A DNA stretch of 64,000 bases from an uncultured Candidatus Saccharibacteria bacterium (lineage in GTDB: Bacteria; Patescibacteriota; Minisyncoccia; UBA6257; 1-14-0-10-44-23). The stretch covers positions 91,922-155,921 of the forward strand of contig CAZJVT010000001.1 of assembly GCA_964549935.1 (NCBI GenBank). Reading direction: 5' to 3'. Both the position numbers and the translations under genes were made by a program. Positions 47,852-56,888 of this stretch are shown piece by piece (within the stretch, counting starts at the first letter, position 1; each line of letters starts with the position of its first letter). The notes beneath the pieces are model-generated. The model was not told where the DNA came from. It saw only the letters and a list, made by a program, of their open reading frames with translations, and searched no databases.

Positions 47852-48025
47852 TAAGTATCAAGAGCGTGGCGAGCGCAACCGGCGCAACGACCCACCAGCA
47901 ACCTGCGAAAGCAAGGTGCTAATTCGGCTTCGGTCCGCCAAAGCATTCTGCGACGGCGACTCCCGGGGGAAGATAACCGTTTCATATTAAACACCTTCCC
48001 ACTCGGAAGGCGTTTTTGTTTTGAT
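47852..48025 (+). promoter_or_regulatory. SAM-I (S-box) riboswitch with an expression-platform terminator, upstream of metK
   Basis: TATCAAGAG P1 5' strand, GCAACC, AAGGTGCTAATTC and closing AGATAAC match the S-box consensus blocks. The terminator hairpin CCTTCC/GGAAGG plus T-run lies at 47993-48025. Confidence 0.65.
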
Positions 48026-48172
48026 TTTTGCTCGGCAAAAATCACCCCGTGAGACGTGAGCACAAGCTCGCTGTCTCTCCGGGGTATTCAGTGCTTATCA
48101 CTAATTAATAACTTCCCGCCTCCGTTCTTACCGATTAACTGATTAACTAATTAACCGATTAACTACCCCCCC

Positions 48173-49213
48173 ATGTATCAACCCCAAACCTACACCGTCG
48201 AAAGCGTTACAAACGGCCACCCAGACAAAGTCTGCGATCAAATCAGCGATGCAATTTTAGACGCGCTGCTTACCCAGGATCCTTTAAGCCGCGTCGCCGT
48301 CGAGACCTTTGGCGGGCACGACCTCTTAGTCATTGGCGGCGAGGTCACGACCCGGGCCAAAGTGAATTACGAAAAAATCGCCCGCAGCGTCTACCGCGAG
48401 ATTGGTTACGACGACAAGGCACTCAAAGTCATCGTCCACGTCGTGCAGCAGTCGCCGGATATCGCCATGGGCGTAGATACCGGTGGTGCCGGCGACCAGG
48501 GGATTATGTACGGCTACGCGACAAATGAGACGCCGGAGTTACTCCCGCGCGCCGTCGTGCTGGTACACAAGCTGGCCCAGGGCCTCGAAAAGCTGCGCAC
48601 GAGTAAAAAATTGAAGTGGTTAAAGCCCGACGGCAAGACGCAGATTTCTGTCCACAACGGCAAGATTACTTCGGTACTCGTAAGCACCCAGCATGATGCC
48701 GCCGTCTCGCAGGAGCAGCTGCGCGCGGATTTACTTAAGCATTTGATTACGCCGATAATCGGGGACCTCGCTGGCATCGAGGTGCTGACCAATCCGACCG
48801 GGCTGTTTGTCCAGGGCGGCTTTTCGGCGGACACGGGGCTCACAGGGCGCAAGATTATGGTGGACACGTATTGCGGCTTAGCCCCGCACGGTGGCGGAGC
48901 CTTCTCCGGCAAGGACGCGACCAAGGTAGACCGCAGTGCGGCGTATATGTGTCGCCACGTCGCCAAGTGGCTGGTCAAAAAGGGGTATGCCAAACAGGCT
49001 CTCGTTTCGGTATCGTACGCCATTGGCCGCGCCGAACCGCTGATGATCGAGGCGATCAACGAAAAAGGCAGGTCGCTCGCGTCAGTGGTCAAAAAGAACT
49101 TCGACTTCAAACCGAAGGCGATTATAGACAAGCTCGGCCTAAGAAAGCCCGTCTTTCGCCAAACGGCAGCTTACGGCCACTTCGGGAAGCGGGGCCTAAG
49201 TTGGGAGAAATAA
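48173..49213 (+). CDS. metK: S-adenosylmethionine synthetase
   Basis: GHPDKVCDQISDAILDA, GGGAFSGKDATKVDRS and related MetK motifs. Confidence 0.9.
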   Translation: MYQPQTYTVESVTNGHPDKVCDQISDAILDALLTQDPLSRVAVETFGGHDLLVIGGEVTTRAKVNYEKIARSVYREIGYDDKALKVIVHVVQQSPDIAMGVDTGGAGDQGIMYGYATNETPELLPRAVVLVHKLAQGLEKLRTSKKLKWLKPDGKTQISVHNGKITSVLVSTQHDAAVSQEQLRADLLKHLITPIIGDLAGIEVLTNPTGLFVQGGFSADTGLTGRKIMVDTYCGLAPHGGGAFSGKDATKVDRSAAYMCRHVAKWLVKKGYAKQALVSVSYAIGRAEPLMIEAINEKGRSLASVVKKNFDFKPKAIIDKLGLRKPVFRQTAAYGHFGKRGLSWEK

Positions 49214-49214
49214 C

Positions 49215-49249
49215 CTCAACGGCTCAACGGGCTACCGTTGAGCCGTTGA
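49215..49249. repeat. Dispersed palindromic intergenic element, copy 2 (CTCAACGGCTCAACGGGCTACCGTTGAGCCGTTGA), at the left border of the R-M island
   Basis: 15-bp perfect inverted repeat with a 4-nt loop. Confidence 0.75.
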
Positions 49250-49292
49250 TTGAAAAAAGGGCCTAAAAGTGAGATGATGGTCATGCACAAAT

Positions 49293-50837
49293 ATGGCTAC
49301 ACTGAATTGGATCGGGAAAGATGCCGTTGTAAATCATGATAAGGAAGTGCCTTTTAAGCTTATTCAAAAGATACCGGGTAATTCCGTTGGTAAAGAGTCT
49401 AAGAATCTGATCATCCACGGGGACAACCTTGAGGCGCTCAAGGCGTTGATGCCTTTTTACAAAGACAAGATTAAGTGCATTTATATTGATCCTCCATACA
49501 ACACCGGGAGCGAGGAATGGGTCTACAACGATAAAGTCAATTCTCCGAAAATCCACGAATGGATAAAAAAAGTTGTAGGACGAGAAGGCGAAGATCTTAC
49601 ACGACACGATAAATGGCTTTGTATGATGTATCCTCGTCTCAAGCTTCTTCGAGATCTTTTGGCTGAAGACGGGGTGATATTCATATCAATTGACGACAAC
49701 GAGCATTCTAACTTGAAGCTCGTAATGGATGAAATTTTCCAAGCAAAGAATTTTGTCACTAATATTGTCTGGCAAAAATCTTATTCGCCAGTCAATCTAC
49801 GTAAGAATTTTTCTCCTAACCATGATTTCATCATAGTTTATGCGAAGAATATTTCTAGCTTAAAACTTAATCAACTGAGTCGGAGCGAAGAAGCGATCCA
49901 AAGATACAAGAATCCTGACAATGACTCAAGGGGGCCTTGGAAATCAACAGATCTTTCTGTGGGTCCAGCAGTAAAAGAAAATATTTATGAAATCCTTACC
50001 CCAAAAGGGCGGAGTATTTTGCCTCCCAAGGGCAGGAGTTGGGTGTTGAATAAAAAGAGATTTCAGGAATTTTTGAACGACAAGCGTATCTGGTTTGGGG
50101 CAAACGGCAATGCCGTTCCTTCAATTAAGAAATTTCTCTCAGAAGTCAAGCCGGGCGTAACTCCAATGACAGTTTGGACTTATCAAGAGGTCGGGCATAA
50201 TCAAGATGCGAAGCGAGAGGTAAAAGAGATCCTTGAGCAGGAGTCGCCGTTTGAGACGCCGAAACCCTTAGGTTTGCTAAGGCGGATTCTTGAGATAGGC
50301 ACATTGCCGAACGATATCATACTTGATTCTTTTGCTGGTTCTGGTACGACCGGCCAAGCAGTTTTGGGGCTCAATAAGGAGGACGGAGGGAATAGGCAGT
50401 TTATCTTGGTGGAGATGGAAGATAGGATTGCAAAAAGTGTCACAGCTGAAAGAATTAAAAGGGCAATTAAAAAGTACGAATACAAAGCAGGTTTTGAGTT
50501 CTGCGAACTCGCTAAGCCTCTATTCGATGCGCAAGGGCAAATCAATGAGAATTGCTCGTATGATGATCTGGCGACCTATATTTATTTCGCCGAAACTCAA
50601 ACAAATACTGAGAAGAAAAATATCAAGAAGCCATTAATCGGTGAAAGCCAGGGGGTTTTCTACTACCTTCTTTTTGCCGAAAAGGGCAAAAATGATCTTA
50701 CTCGCAGTGCGCTTACGAAACTTAAACTCAAGGGGCAGGCTGTCGTATATGCTGATCGCTGCCTTATTGACGAGGACGAACTTAAGGCGAAAGGAGTTAT
50801 CTTCAAGCAAATCCCATACGAGATAAAAGTTTATTAA
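49293..50837 (+). CDS. mod: Type III restriction-modification Mod-like N6-adenine DNA methyltransferase
   Basis: The DPPY catalytic motif (IYIDPPYNTG) precedes the FxGxG SAM-binding motif (FAGSGTTG), the beta-class order typical of Type III Mod. Confidence 0.8.
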   Translation: MATLNWIGKDAVVNHDKEVPFKLIQKIPGNSVGKESKNLIIHGDNLEALKALMPFYKDKIKCIYIDPPYNTGSEEWVYNDKVNSPKIHEWIKKVVGREGEDLTRHDKWLCMMYPRLKLLRDLLAEDGVIFISIDDNEHSNLKLVMDEIFQAKNFVTNIVWQKSYSPVNLRKNFSPNHDFIIVYAKNISSLKLNQLSRSEEAIQRYKNPDNDSRGPWKSTDLSVGPAVKENIYEILTPKGRSILPPKGRSWVLNKKRFQEFLNDKRIWFGANGNAVPSIKKFLSEVKPGVTPMTVWTYQEVGHNQDAKREVKEILEQESPFETPKPLGLLRRILEIGTLPNDIILDSFAGSGTTGQAVLGLNKEDGGNRQFILVEMEDRIAKSVTAERIKRAIKKYEYKAGFEFCELAKPLFDAQGQINENCSYDDLATYIYFAETQTNTEKKNIKKPLIGESQGVFYYLLFAEKGKNDLTRSALTKLKLKGQAVVYADRCLIDEDELKAKGVIFKQIPYEIKVY

Positions 50838-50841
50838 TTTC

Positions 50842-51417
50842 ATGTTGCAAAAATTATATAAAACCACGAATCCAAGCCTTTTATGGGAGATTCGGGAGAA
50901 CACGGCCGGATACGATTATGTTTATTCGGAGCCATTTTGCTCCAACGATTCATGTCGTGTGCCTTTAGATCAAGCTTATCTTGGGACTAATAAGACAGGT
51001 CAATATATAAGCGGTTGGCTTTGTTCAAATTGCAAAAAAGAATATGAGTGTCCCGGCAATGACTATCAATCATTCGTCCAATCAATCCAGAAAAAATACG
51101 AAGGCTTTATTCGGCAGCGTCATGAAATAATTTCATTAGATTTAATTCCTACAAAAGTAGCTGCTGGTGCCGAGGATGAGCATTTTTGGCTGCGGGCGCG
51201 GATATTAGAAAAAAATGGCAAAAGACAAGCCGTCATTTTCATAGGAGAAAAAATAAAAGGAAAGCAGGAAAAAACCGATTATGCCCAGCTATTTCTTGAC
51301 CTAGAAGATGAGCAGGTTCGTTTCGATAAAAATAATAAAAATCCGATGGGGTTACTTTGTAGGTTGACGGCTGAATTCGAAAATTCAAGTACCGCTCTTT
51401 CTAAGAAGGGTAATTAA
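50842..51417 (+). CDS. Hypothetical Cys-rich (zinc-ribbon-like) protein encoded between mod and res
   Basis: CSNDSC...CSNCKKEYEC four-Cys cluster. It has 5-nt gaps to both neighbours and a low GC like the flanking R-M genes. Confidence 0.5.
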   Translation: MLQKLYKTTNPSLLWEIRENTAGYDYVYSEPFCSNDSCRVPLDQAYLGTNKTGQYISGWLCSNCKKEYECPGNDYQSFVQSIQKKYEGFIRQRHEIISLDLIPTKVAAGAEDEHFWLRARILEKNGKRQAVIFIGEKIKGKQEKTDYAQLFLDLEDEQVRFDKNNKNPMGLLCRLTAEFENSSTALSKKGN

Positions 51418-51422
51418 TAGAT

Positions 51423-53699
51423 ATGAAGCTAAAGAACTATCAGCAAAACGCTATAGATACGCTTGACCAGTTTTTGGTGCAGCTTAAGAAATTGAAGCCT
51501 CGCTATGCTTTCACCGAGGTAACCAACGAGCATTACAACCATGAATGGTTTGGCGATGTGCCGTTTGTCTGTATGCAAATGCCGACTGGTGCTGGTAAAA
51601 CCCTTGTGGCTTGTAAATCAGTCGAGCGGATTATGTCCACTATCCTGCAACACAAGATGGATACAGGCATCGTTATTTGGTTCGTGCCTTCAGATTCCAT
51701 TAAGACGCAGACGCTTAAAAAACTCCGAGACTCCAATGATTGGCACTACGAAATGATCAATGAGGCATTCGAGTCTAAGTTTAAGGTATTTTCTAATGAA
51801 GACGCTCTTTCGATGACGCGCGAGGATGTGCGGAACAATCTTTGCATTATAGTTGCTAGTCTTGATGCTTTCCGGAAGGAGGCCAAGATCCAAAACAAGT
51901 ATAAGGTGTACAAAGAGAATGGTGCATTAATGGATCATTTCCAGAATCTTAAGGATGATTCATCGCTCGAAAAAGATTCTGAGGGTACTGTCATCAACTC
52001 TCTCGCGAACGTTATCCGCAAGAACACTCCGCTGATCGTTATCGATGAGGGTCATCACACCCAAACCGAACTATCAGTGCAGTTTTTGGGCGACTTAAAA
52101 CCATCATTCATTATTGAATTCACGGCGACGCCGCGGGAAGGCAGTAATATCCTGGTGCATACGAACGCCTCCGAACTAAAAATCGAAGAGATGGTTAAGA
52201 TCCCGATCGTACTTGAAAGCCGCACGCAGTGGGAGCAGGTTGTCGCAGACGGTATTGCTAAGCGAGCTGAGCTAGAAAAGCGCGCTAGTAAGCTCAAAGG
52301 AGAGCGCATTCGCCCCATCGCATTGCTACAGGCCCAACCGAAGAGCAAGACAAAGGCAACGGTTACCGTGGAGGCGCTCAAGCAGATGCTTCTTGATAAA
52401 AAGATTCCTGAGGAGCAAATCAAGATTAAAACGTCGGAGCTCGACGAACTCGAGGGGATGGATCTCTTCGATAAGAAGTGTGAGGTGCGCTATATTTTGA
52501 CCGTAAATGCCCTTGCTGAGGGCTGGGACTGCTCTTTTGCTTATGTCCTTATCTCCGTTGCCAATCTTGGTGCTAAAGTTGCCGTTGAGCAAATCATTGG
52601 GCGCGTTATCCGTATGCCGAACGCGAAGCGCAAGGCGGACGAAGCTCTGAACCGTAGCTACGTGTTTGCTTCTGCTGCGAATTTTAATGACGCCGCCAGT
52701 AAAGTAATTAAGGGGCTTGAGGATAACGGATATAGCCGCAGTGATTTTATTGGCGCAGACAAAGAACAAGAATATACTGATCCGTTTGAGACAAAGAAGG
52801 CAATCAAGAAGAAACTCGCGGTGCCCCTGATGGCAATTGGCAAAAACAAGCTTTCATTCGAAGATCTTCTCGGAGAGGATTTTGAGCTCGCAAAGCAGAA
52901 TCCCGATTTTGATTTTCGGTTCCATTACGACCTTGACGGCCAAGCTACGATTGACATTAGCGAGGATAATGAATGGCTACGGGACAAGCAGCTCTCGCTC
53001 CCGTATCAATACCTCGAAGGCAATCATTCGGTCGACGAACTCGTGATGTGGCTTGATAAGAAGCTGCGTTTTCCGATGTTGAAACCGGGAGATAAGATTA
53101 CTTTTATTGCCAAAGCTGTCGATAGCCAAATCCAGAAGCGCCAACTTTCACTCCCTAAGCTGTCTGTTAATCGCTATTTATTTGCCGAACGTCTTTCAGA
53201 TGTAATCAATAATTTACTGGAGAGCTTTACTAAGAAAGCATGCGCCGGCCTTCTTGCGGAAAAGAAATTAATCGTCGCGACTTTCGAGGAATTCCCGTCT
53301 ACTATCGCGCTCAAGTCTCCTGTTCCCAAGGTATTCAATAAAAACCTATATGAGCGAGTTGATGCTATCAATGGAGAGGAACGTGGCTTTGTTGAGCGAA
53401 TTGATTTGGGCGCTCTCGAGAACATTGATTTCTGGGTTCGCAACCGTGAAAAAGTTGACCCCTTTTATATCCAAGGATGGAAGCGAGGTAAATTTTACCC
53501 CGATTTTATTGCGGTTACTAACAAAGGAGCCATTATTGCCTTAGAATGGAAAGGCGAAGATAGATTAGACAATCCAGATACGCTTTACAAAACAGAGATT
53601 GCTGAGAATTGGGCCAAGTTGGGTAAAGGCAAGCTTCACTTTTTCTTGGTTCACAGCAAGAACGTTGATGAGGTTCTAGAAAAAGTCAAAAAACTTTAA
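51423..53699 (+). CDS. res: Type III restriction enzyme Res-like subunit (SF2 helicase plus a C-terminal PD-(D/E)xK nuclease)
   Basis: Walker A MPTGAGKT, DEAH-box VIDEGHH and a C-terminal YPDF...ALEWKG nuclease motif. Confidence 0.8.
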   Translation: MKLKNYQQNAIDTLDQFLVQLKKLKPRYAFTEVTNEHYNHEWFGDVPFVCMQMPTGAGKTLVACKSVERIMSTILQHKMDTGIVIWFVPSDSIKTQTLKKLRDSNDWHYEMINEAFESKFKVFSNEDALSMTREDVRNNLCIIVASLDAFRKEAKIQNKYKVYKENGALMDHFQNLKDDSSLEKDSEGTVINSLANVIRKNTPLIVIDEGHHTQTELSVQFLGDLKPSFIIEFTATPREGSNILVHTNASELKIEEMVKIPIVLESRTQWEQVVADGIAKRAELEKRASKLKGERIRPIALLQAQPKSKTKATVTVEALKQMLLDKKIPEEQIKIKTSELDELEGMDLFDKKCEVRYILTVNALAEGWDCSFAYVLISVANLGAKVAVEQIIGRVIRMPNAKRKADEALNRSYVFASAANFNDAASKVIKGLEDNGYSRSDFIGADKEQEYTDPFETKKAIKKKLAVPLMAIGKNKLSFEDLLGEDFELAKQNPDFDFRFHYDLDGQATIDISEDNEWLRDKQLSLPYQYLEGNHSVDELVMWLDKKLRFPMLKPGDKITFIAKAVDSQIQKRQLSLPKLSVNRYLFAERLSDVINNLLESFTKKACAGLLAEKKLIVATFEEFPSTIALKSPVPKVFNKNLYERVDAINGEERGFVERIDLGALENIDFWVRNREKVDPFYIQGWKRGKFYPDFIAVTNKGAIIALEWKGEDRLDNPDTLYKTEIAENWAKLGKGKLHFFLVHSKNVDEVLEKVKKL

Positions 53700-53703
53700 T
53701 TTT

Positions 53704-54168
53704 ATGAATATTGATTTTTCACGGAAATTGATCAAAGGCAGAATCGCTGAAGTTATTTTTGAGCAAATGATCCGGGAAGAGGAGCGATATACTGTGATTC
53801 CATTTGGGTATGAGCACACGATGCCGACTTTATCGCAGTATCGTGCCATAGCTGAAGTTCCTAAAATCATCGACAACATTGCAGATGCGCCGGACTTTGC
53901 TTTGGTGTCTGAGGATAAAACGAAGATCTACTTGGTAGAAGTTAAATATCAAAAGAATTTCGATATAGAAAAAGTGAAAGAATGCGCGGCGAAATTGCGC
54001 GGGCGCTGGGAATATCCGTGGCTTTTTATCGCAACTCCACAGAGATTTTATTGCGGAATGGCGCAGGATATTCTTCGAGAAGGGAGTATCCACGAATTAT
54101 CGGAGAATTGGGTTAATAAAGACCGCCAACTCGCATATTTGAAATTACTAAACGAATTCGAAAAATAA
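53704..54168 (+). CDS. Hypothetical protein with a possible PD-(D/E)xK nuclease-like motif (PDFALV...YLVEVKY)
   Basis: Its motif pattern resembles that of the Res C-terminus. It is 5 nt downstream of res. Confidence 0.4.
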   Translation: MNIDFSRKLIKGRIAEVIFEQMIREEERYTVIPFGYEHTMPTLSQYRAIAEVPKIIDNIADAPDFALVSEDKTKIYLVEVKYQKNFDIEKVKECAAKLRGRWEYPWLFIATPQRFYCGMAQDILREGSIHELSENWVNKDRQLAYLKLLNEFEK

Positions 54169-54173
54169 TCTTC

Positions 54174-54470
54174 ATGACTCCAATTACATACTTCATACTC
54201 GGACTGGTGGTGGGTGGGGTGGTGCTTCTTTTGTGGTTGCGGCGTAGCAAGACCGGGCTCATCGCCCGGCAGCAGGGCGAGAAGGCCGCGCACAAGCAGG
54301 CCATCATCGCTGCCTTTGCCGGAAAGGGCCAACTGACCAACGACGAGGTCCAAAAGCTGCTTGGGGTTAGTGATGCAACCGCGACGAGGTATATGGATGA
54401 GCTCGAAAAGGAGGGCAAAGTGAAGCAGGTAGGCCCAACCGGCCAAAACGTATACTACGAGAGGATTTAA
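54174..54470 (+). CDS. Small membrane-anchored winged-helix DNA-binding protein
   Basis: An N-terminal TM segment (ITYFILGLVVGGVVLLLWL) is followed by an HTH (LTNDEVQKLLGVSDATATRYMDELEKEGKV). Confidence 0.45.
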   Translation: MTPITYFILGLVVGGVVLLLWLRRSKTGLIARQQGEKAAHKQAIIAAFAGKGQLTNDEVQKLLGVSDATATRYMDELEKEGKVKQVGPTGQNVYYERI

Positions 54471-54472
54471 GG

Positions 54473-54510
54473 CCTCAACGGCTCAACGGGACGCCGTTGA
54501 GCCGTTGAAG
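54473..54510. repeat. Dispersed palindromic intergenic element, copy 3 (CTCAACGGCTCAACGGGACGCCGTTGAGCCGTTGAAG), at the right border of the R-M island
   Basis: The same 15-16-bp inverted repeat as copy 2. Confidence 0.75.
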
Positions 54511-54584
54511 GTTTTGGACCGGGAAAAAGGACTGGAAGTGCCCCATAACTTGCATAGCGCATTCGGGCGAGGGATAATAGTGTT

Positions 54585-55364
54585 ATGAAAGAGAAATTTG
54601 ATTCGCACAAGGATTTTACTGACCAGGAGCTTGATCCGGCGAATATCTTTGTGGAGTCGGTGATAAAGGGAAGAATTGGCTATTGCGCCGATTTCATTTC
54701 GAAGGCAACGTATGAGCGTCTTTTCGATCGGCTGCCAGTACACGGTACTAAAATGCTGGACATTGGTGCGGGCGCTATGCCGTTAGTACAAGTGCGCGGT
54801 GGTGCCGGTACGTATTTAGAGGCCCTTGAAGACAGAGGCGCAACTGTGATCCCGGTTGAGCGTCGCACTTTGCCGATCCATACGTGGAAGCCGATGCGTG
54901 GCGAAACTGAACCATTTGGTGAGACTCGAGCCATGCCTGTACAAGCAGATGCGAATGCGCTTCCATTCAAAGCTGCTTCAGTAGAGGGCGCAATCTCCGT
55001 CAATTACATTAATTCTTTCGAAAAGAAGGCCAAGGAGTCGGTTAAGAATTTTTTGCAGGAGGTGTATCGCACCTTGAAGCCCAAAGGGTTCCTGATTATC
55101 AGCACTTTCGGATACACCTGCTCTATATCGTCGAAGGGGGAGATGACGGTTAACAACAGAATACCGTTTAATGAGTTCGTAACCGCAAAAATGGTCAAAG
55201 AGCTCGCGGCGGAAGTCGGTTTCACGAGCAGTGAAGATATACCTTTAGACAAGCAAGATATTGATCGGTCACGGGCAAAATGGTTGGAAGATGATCAGCG
55301 CCAAGGGAAAGATGTGACGGGGATACTGATGGAGGAGCCGATTGGTTTGTTGCTCAGAAAGTAA
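54585..55364 (+). CDS. Class I SAM-dependent methyltransferase
   Basis: Motif I MLDIGAGAMP and a Rossmann-like layout. Confidence 0.65.
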   Translation: MKEKFDSHKDFTDQELDPANIFVESVIKGRIGYCADFISKATYERLFDRLPVHGTKMLDIGAGAMPLVQVRGGAGTYLEALEDRGATVIPVERRTLPIHTWKPMRGETEPFGETRAMPVQADANALPFKAASVEGAISVNYINSFEKKAKESVKNFLQEVYRTLKPKGFLIISTFGYTCSISSKGEMTVNNRIPFNEFVTAKMVKELAAEVGFTSSEDIPLDKQDIDRSRAKWLEDDQRQGKDVTGILMEEPIGLLLRK

Positions 55365-55413
55365 CCCGGCCCACCATCTCCGCTTATTAATTCTCTACCG
55401 TCCTATTCTCTAA

Positions 55414-55442
55414 TTCGCGCGAATAGGTAAATAGGGTATACT
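55414..55442. promoter_or_regulatory. 29-bp operator-like motif TATTCTCTAATTCGCGCGAATAGGTAAAT, copy 1, containing the perfect palindrome ATTCGCGCGAAT; overlaps the arsR-family promoter
   Basis: Identical copies at 55800-55828 and 56323-56351. A TATACT -10 lies 4 nt downstream. Confidence 0.55.
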
Positions 55443-55481
55443 AGAATTAAAGTTAAAGTGAAAGCAAAAAAAGCGAAAGAT

Positions 55482-55748
55482 ATGGACCTCAAGGATCTCG
55501 AAAAGATACACAAAGCACTTGCAAACCGGCGCCGCCTCGCGATCTTAAAGCATTTGAAGCGGCGCCCGGGCGCGACCGTCGGCAGTTTGGCGGAGGCAAT
55601 TTCGCTTTCATTTAAATCGACCTCCAAGCACATGATTATTCTTTCGGCGGTCGGCCTCGTCGAGCGGGAACAGGTGAATTTGAATATGCGATACCGACTT
55701 GCCGGTACGTTGCCGCCAACCGCAAAAGCCGCGATCGAAATTCTCTAG
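55482..55748 (+). CDS. ArsR/SmtB-family metalloregulatory-type HTH transcriptional regulator
   Basis: LANRRRLAILKHL...ATVGSLAEAISLS.KSTSKHM wHTH pattern. An alternative GTG start is at 55458. Confidence 0.7.
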   Translation: MDLKDLEKIHKALANRRRLAILKHLKRRPGATVGSLAEAISLSFKSTSKHMIILSAVGLVEREQVNLNMRYRLAGTLPPTAKAAIEIL

Positions 55749-55799
55749 GCCTCGAGTTCTCTAGTTTTTCATTTTTTACCAACCCAACTCGCGCTGTCT

Positions 55800-55828
55800 T
55801 ATTCTCTAATTCGCGCGAATAGGTAAAT
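55800..55828. promoter_or_regulatory. 29-bp operator-like motif, copy 2
   Basis: Identical to copy 1; upstream of the secreted-protein gene. Confidence 0.55.
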
Positions 55829-55860
55829 GGCTCCAATAAGTAATGTGGCGAGGTGGGGGT

Positions 55861-56271
55861 ATGATAGTATTACGGCATATGCAGAAAGTGTTTTTAATTG
55901 CTTTCGTCAGCGTGCTCGTTGTAATCGGAACGGCCGGTTTTGTGCAGCGTGCTGATGCGGCCGCGAGCTCTCTGCCGCGCTATGTGGGTTCGCGGGTGAC
56001 CTACTACGCGACGTTGGCGCGGTTTTCTGGGAGTGGGGATATGCGGTTTCGCTGGCGCAATTCGAATGACTGGTTCTTTGCTTTGCCTAAAGACGTTCCG
56101 TTTGATGAAGCGGCGACTGATCGCTGGGTAAACTTTATTGCTGACAACGCCGGAGCGCTTTTTAAAATTACCGGTACGCGCGAAGAAAACGACTGTTCTT
56201 ATTATACGCAACCAATGCGCTGCATCGTCTCTGTTAACATCGACAAGATCACTCCGATTGCGGCCCGTTAA
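55861..56271 (+). CDS. Small secreted hypothetical protein (signal peptide, Cys pair)
   Basis: ORF with the signal peptide MQKVFLIAFVSVLVVIGTAGFVQRADA. In-frame alternative starts are at 55843, 55861 and 55879. Confidence 0.45.
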   Translation: MIVLRHMQKVFLIAFVSVLVVIGTAGFVQRADAAASSLPRYVGSRVTYYATLARFSGSGDMRFRWRNSNDWFFALPKDVPFDEAATDRWVNFIADNAGALFKITGTREENDCSYYTQPMRCIVSVNIDKITPIAAR

Positions 56272-56322
56272 TTCTAAGCGAGTCAAACTTTCGCTATTCA
56301 ACACCATTTTTAGTAGGAGTAG

Positions 56323-56351
56323 TGAGTTTTTTCTATTCTCTAATTCGCGCG
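56323..56351. promoter_or_regulatory. 29-bp operator-like motif, copy 3
   Basis: Identical to copy 1; upstream of the cupin gene. Confidence 0.55.
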
Positions 56352-56495
56352 AATAGGTAAATGGACTTGGGGGCCAACTCCTGCCTTCCGGTCTTTGGTT
56401 TTCTTTTCCTTGTTATCCTTTCCATTCTCATACGGCTTATGGGTATGGGGATGCTACTTAGTACCAAATATGGGTTTAAGGGCGAGATCGAAAAG

Positions 56496-56885
56496 ATGAC
56501 CCTGGAAAATAAAGATTTTCGCCGGGTTATTTATACCGCGGCGCACTGCCAAATTGTTTTAATGTCACTCGCACCCAGTGAGGATATCGGATTTGAAATT
56601 CATAAGACGGGGGATCAGTTTTTTCGCTTTGAGTCGGGGGATGGGCGCGTCGTAATCAACGGTCACGAGTACACCGTTGCCGCCGGTGAGGCCGTCGTGG
56701 TTCCCGCGGGGGCGCGGCACAACGTTACGAATGCCTCTGCGACTGAACCACTTAAGATGTATACCATTTACGCTCCGCCGCATCATCGCGACGGCGTCGT
56801 GCACCAATCAAAAGCCGCCGCGCAGGCGGACAAAGAAAGTTTCGACGGGCAGGTGAGCGGGGCGGCTCCCAGGGCTGTTGTTTAA
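56496..56885 (+). CDS. Cupin-domain protein
   Basis: Conserved cupin pattern (G..F.FESGDGRVVINGHEY.V..GEAVVVPAG..HNV.N). The hydrophobic extension from the ORF-track start at 56361 is probably not coding. Confidence 0.55.
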   Translation: MTLENKDFRRVIYTAAHCQIVLMSLAPSEDIGFEIHKTGDQFFRFESGDGRVVINGHEYTVAAGEAVVVPAGARHNVTNASATEPLKMYTIYAPPHHRDGVVHQSKAAAQADKESFDGQVSGAAPRAVV

Positions 56886-56888
56886 TCA

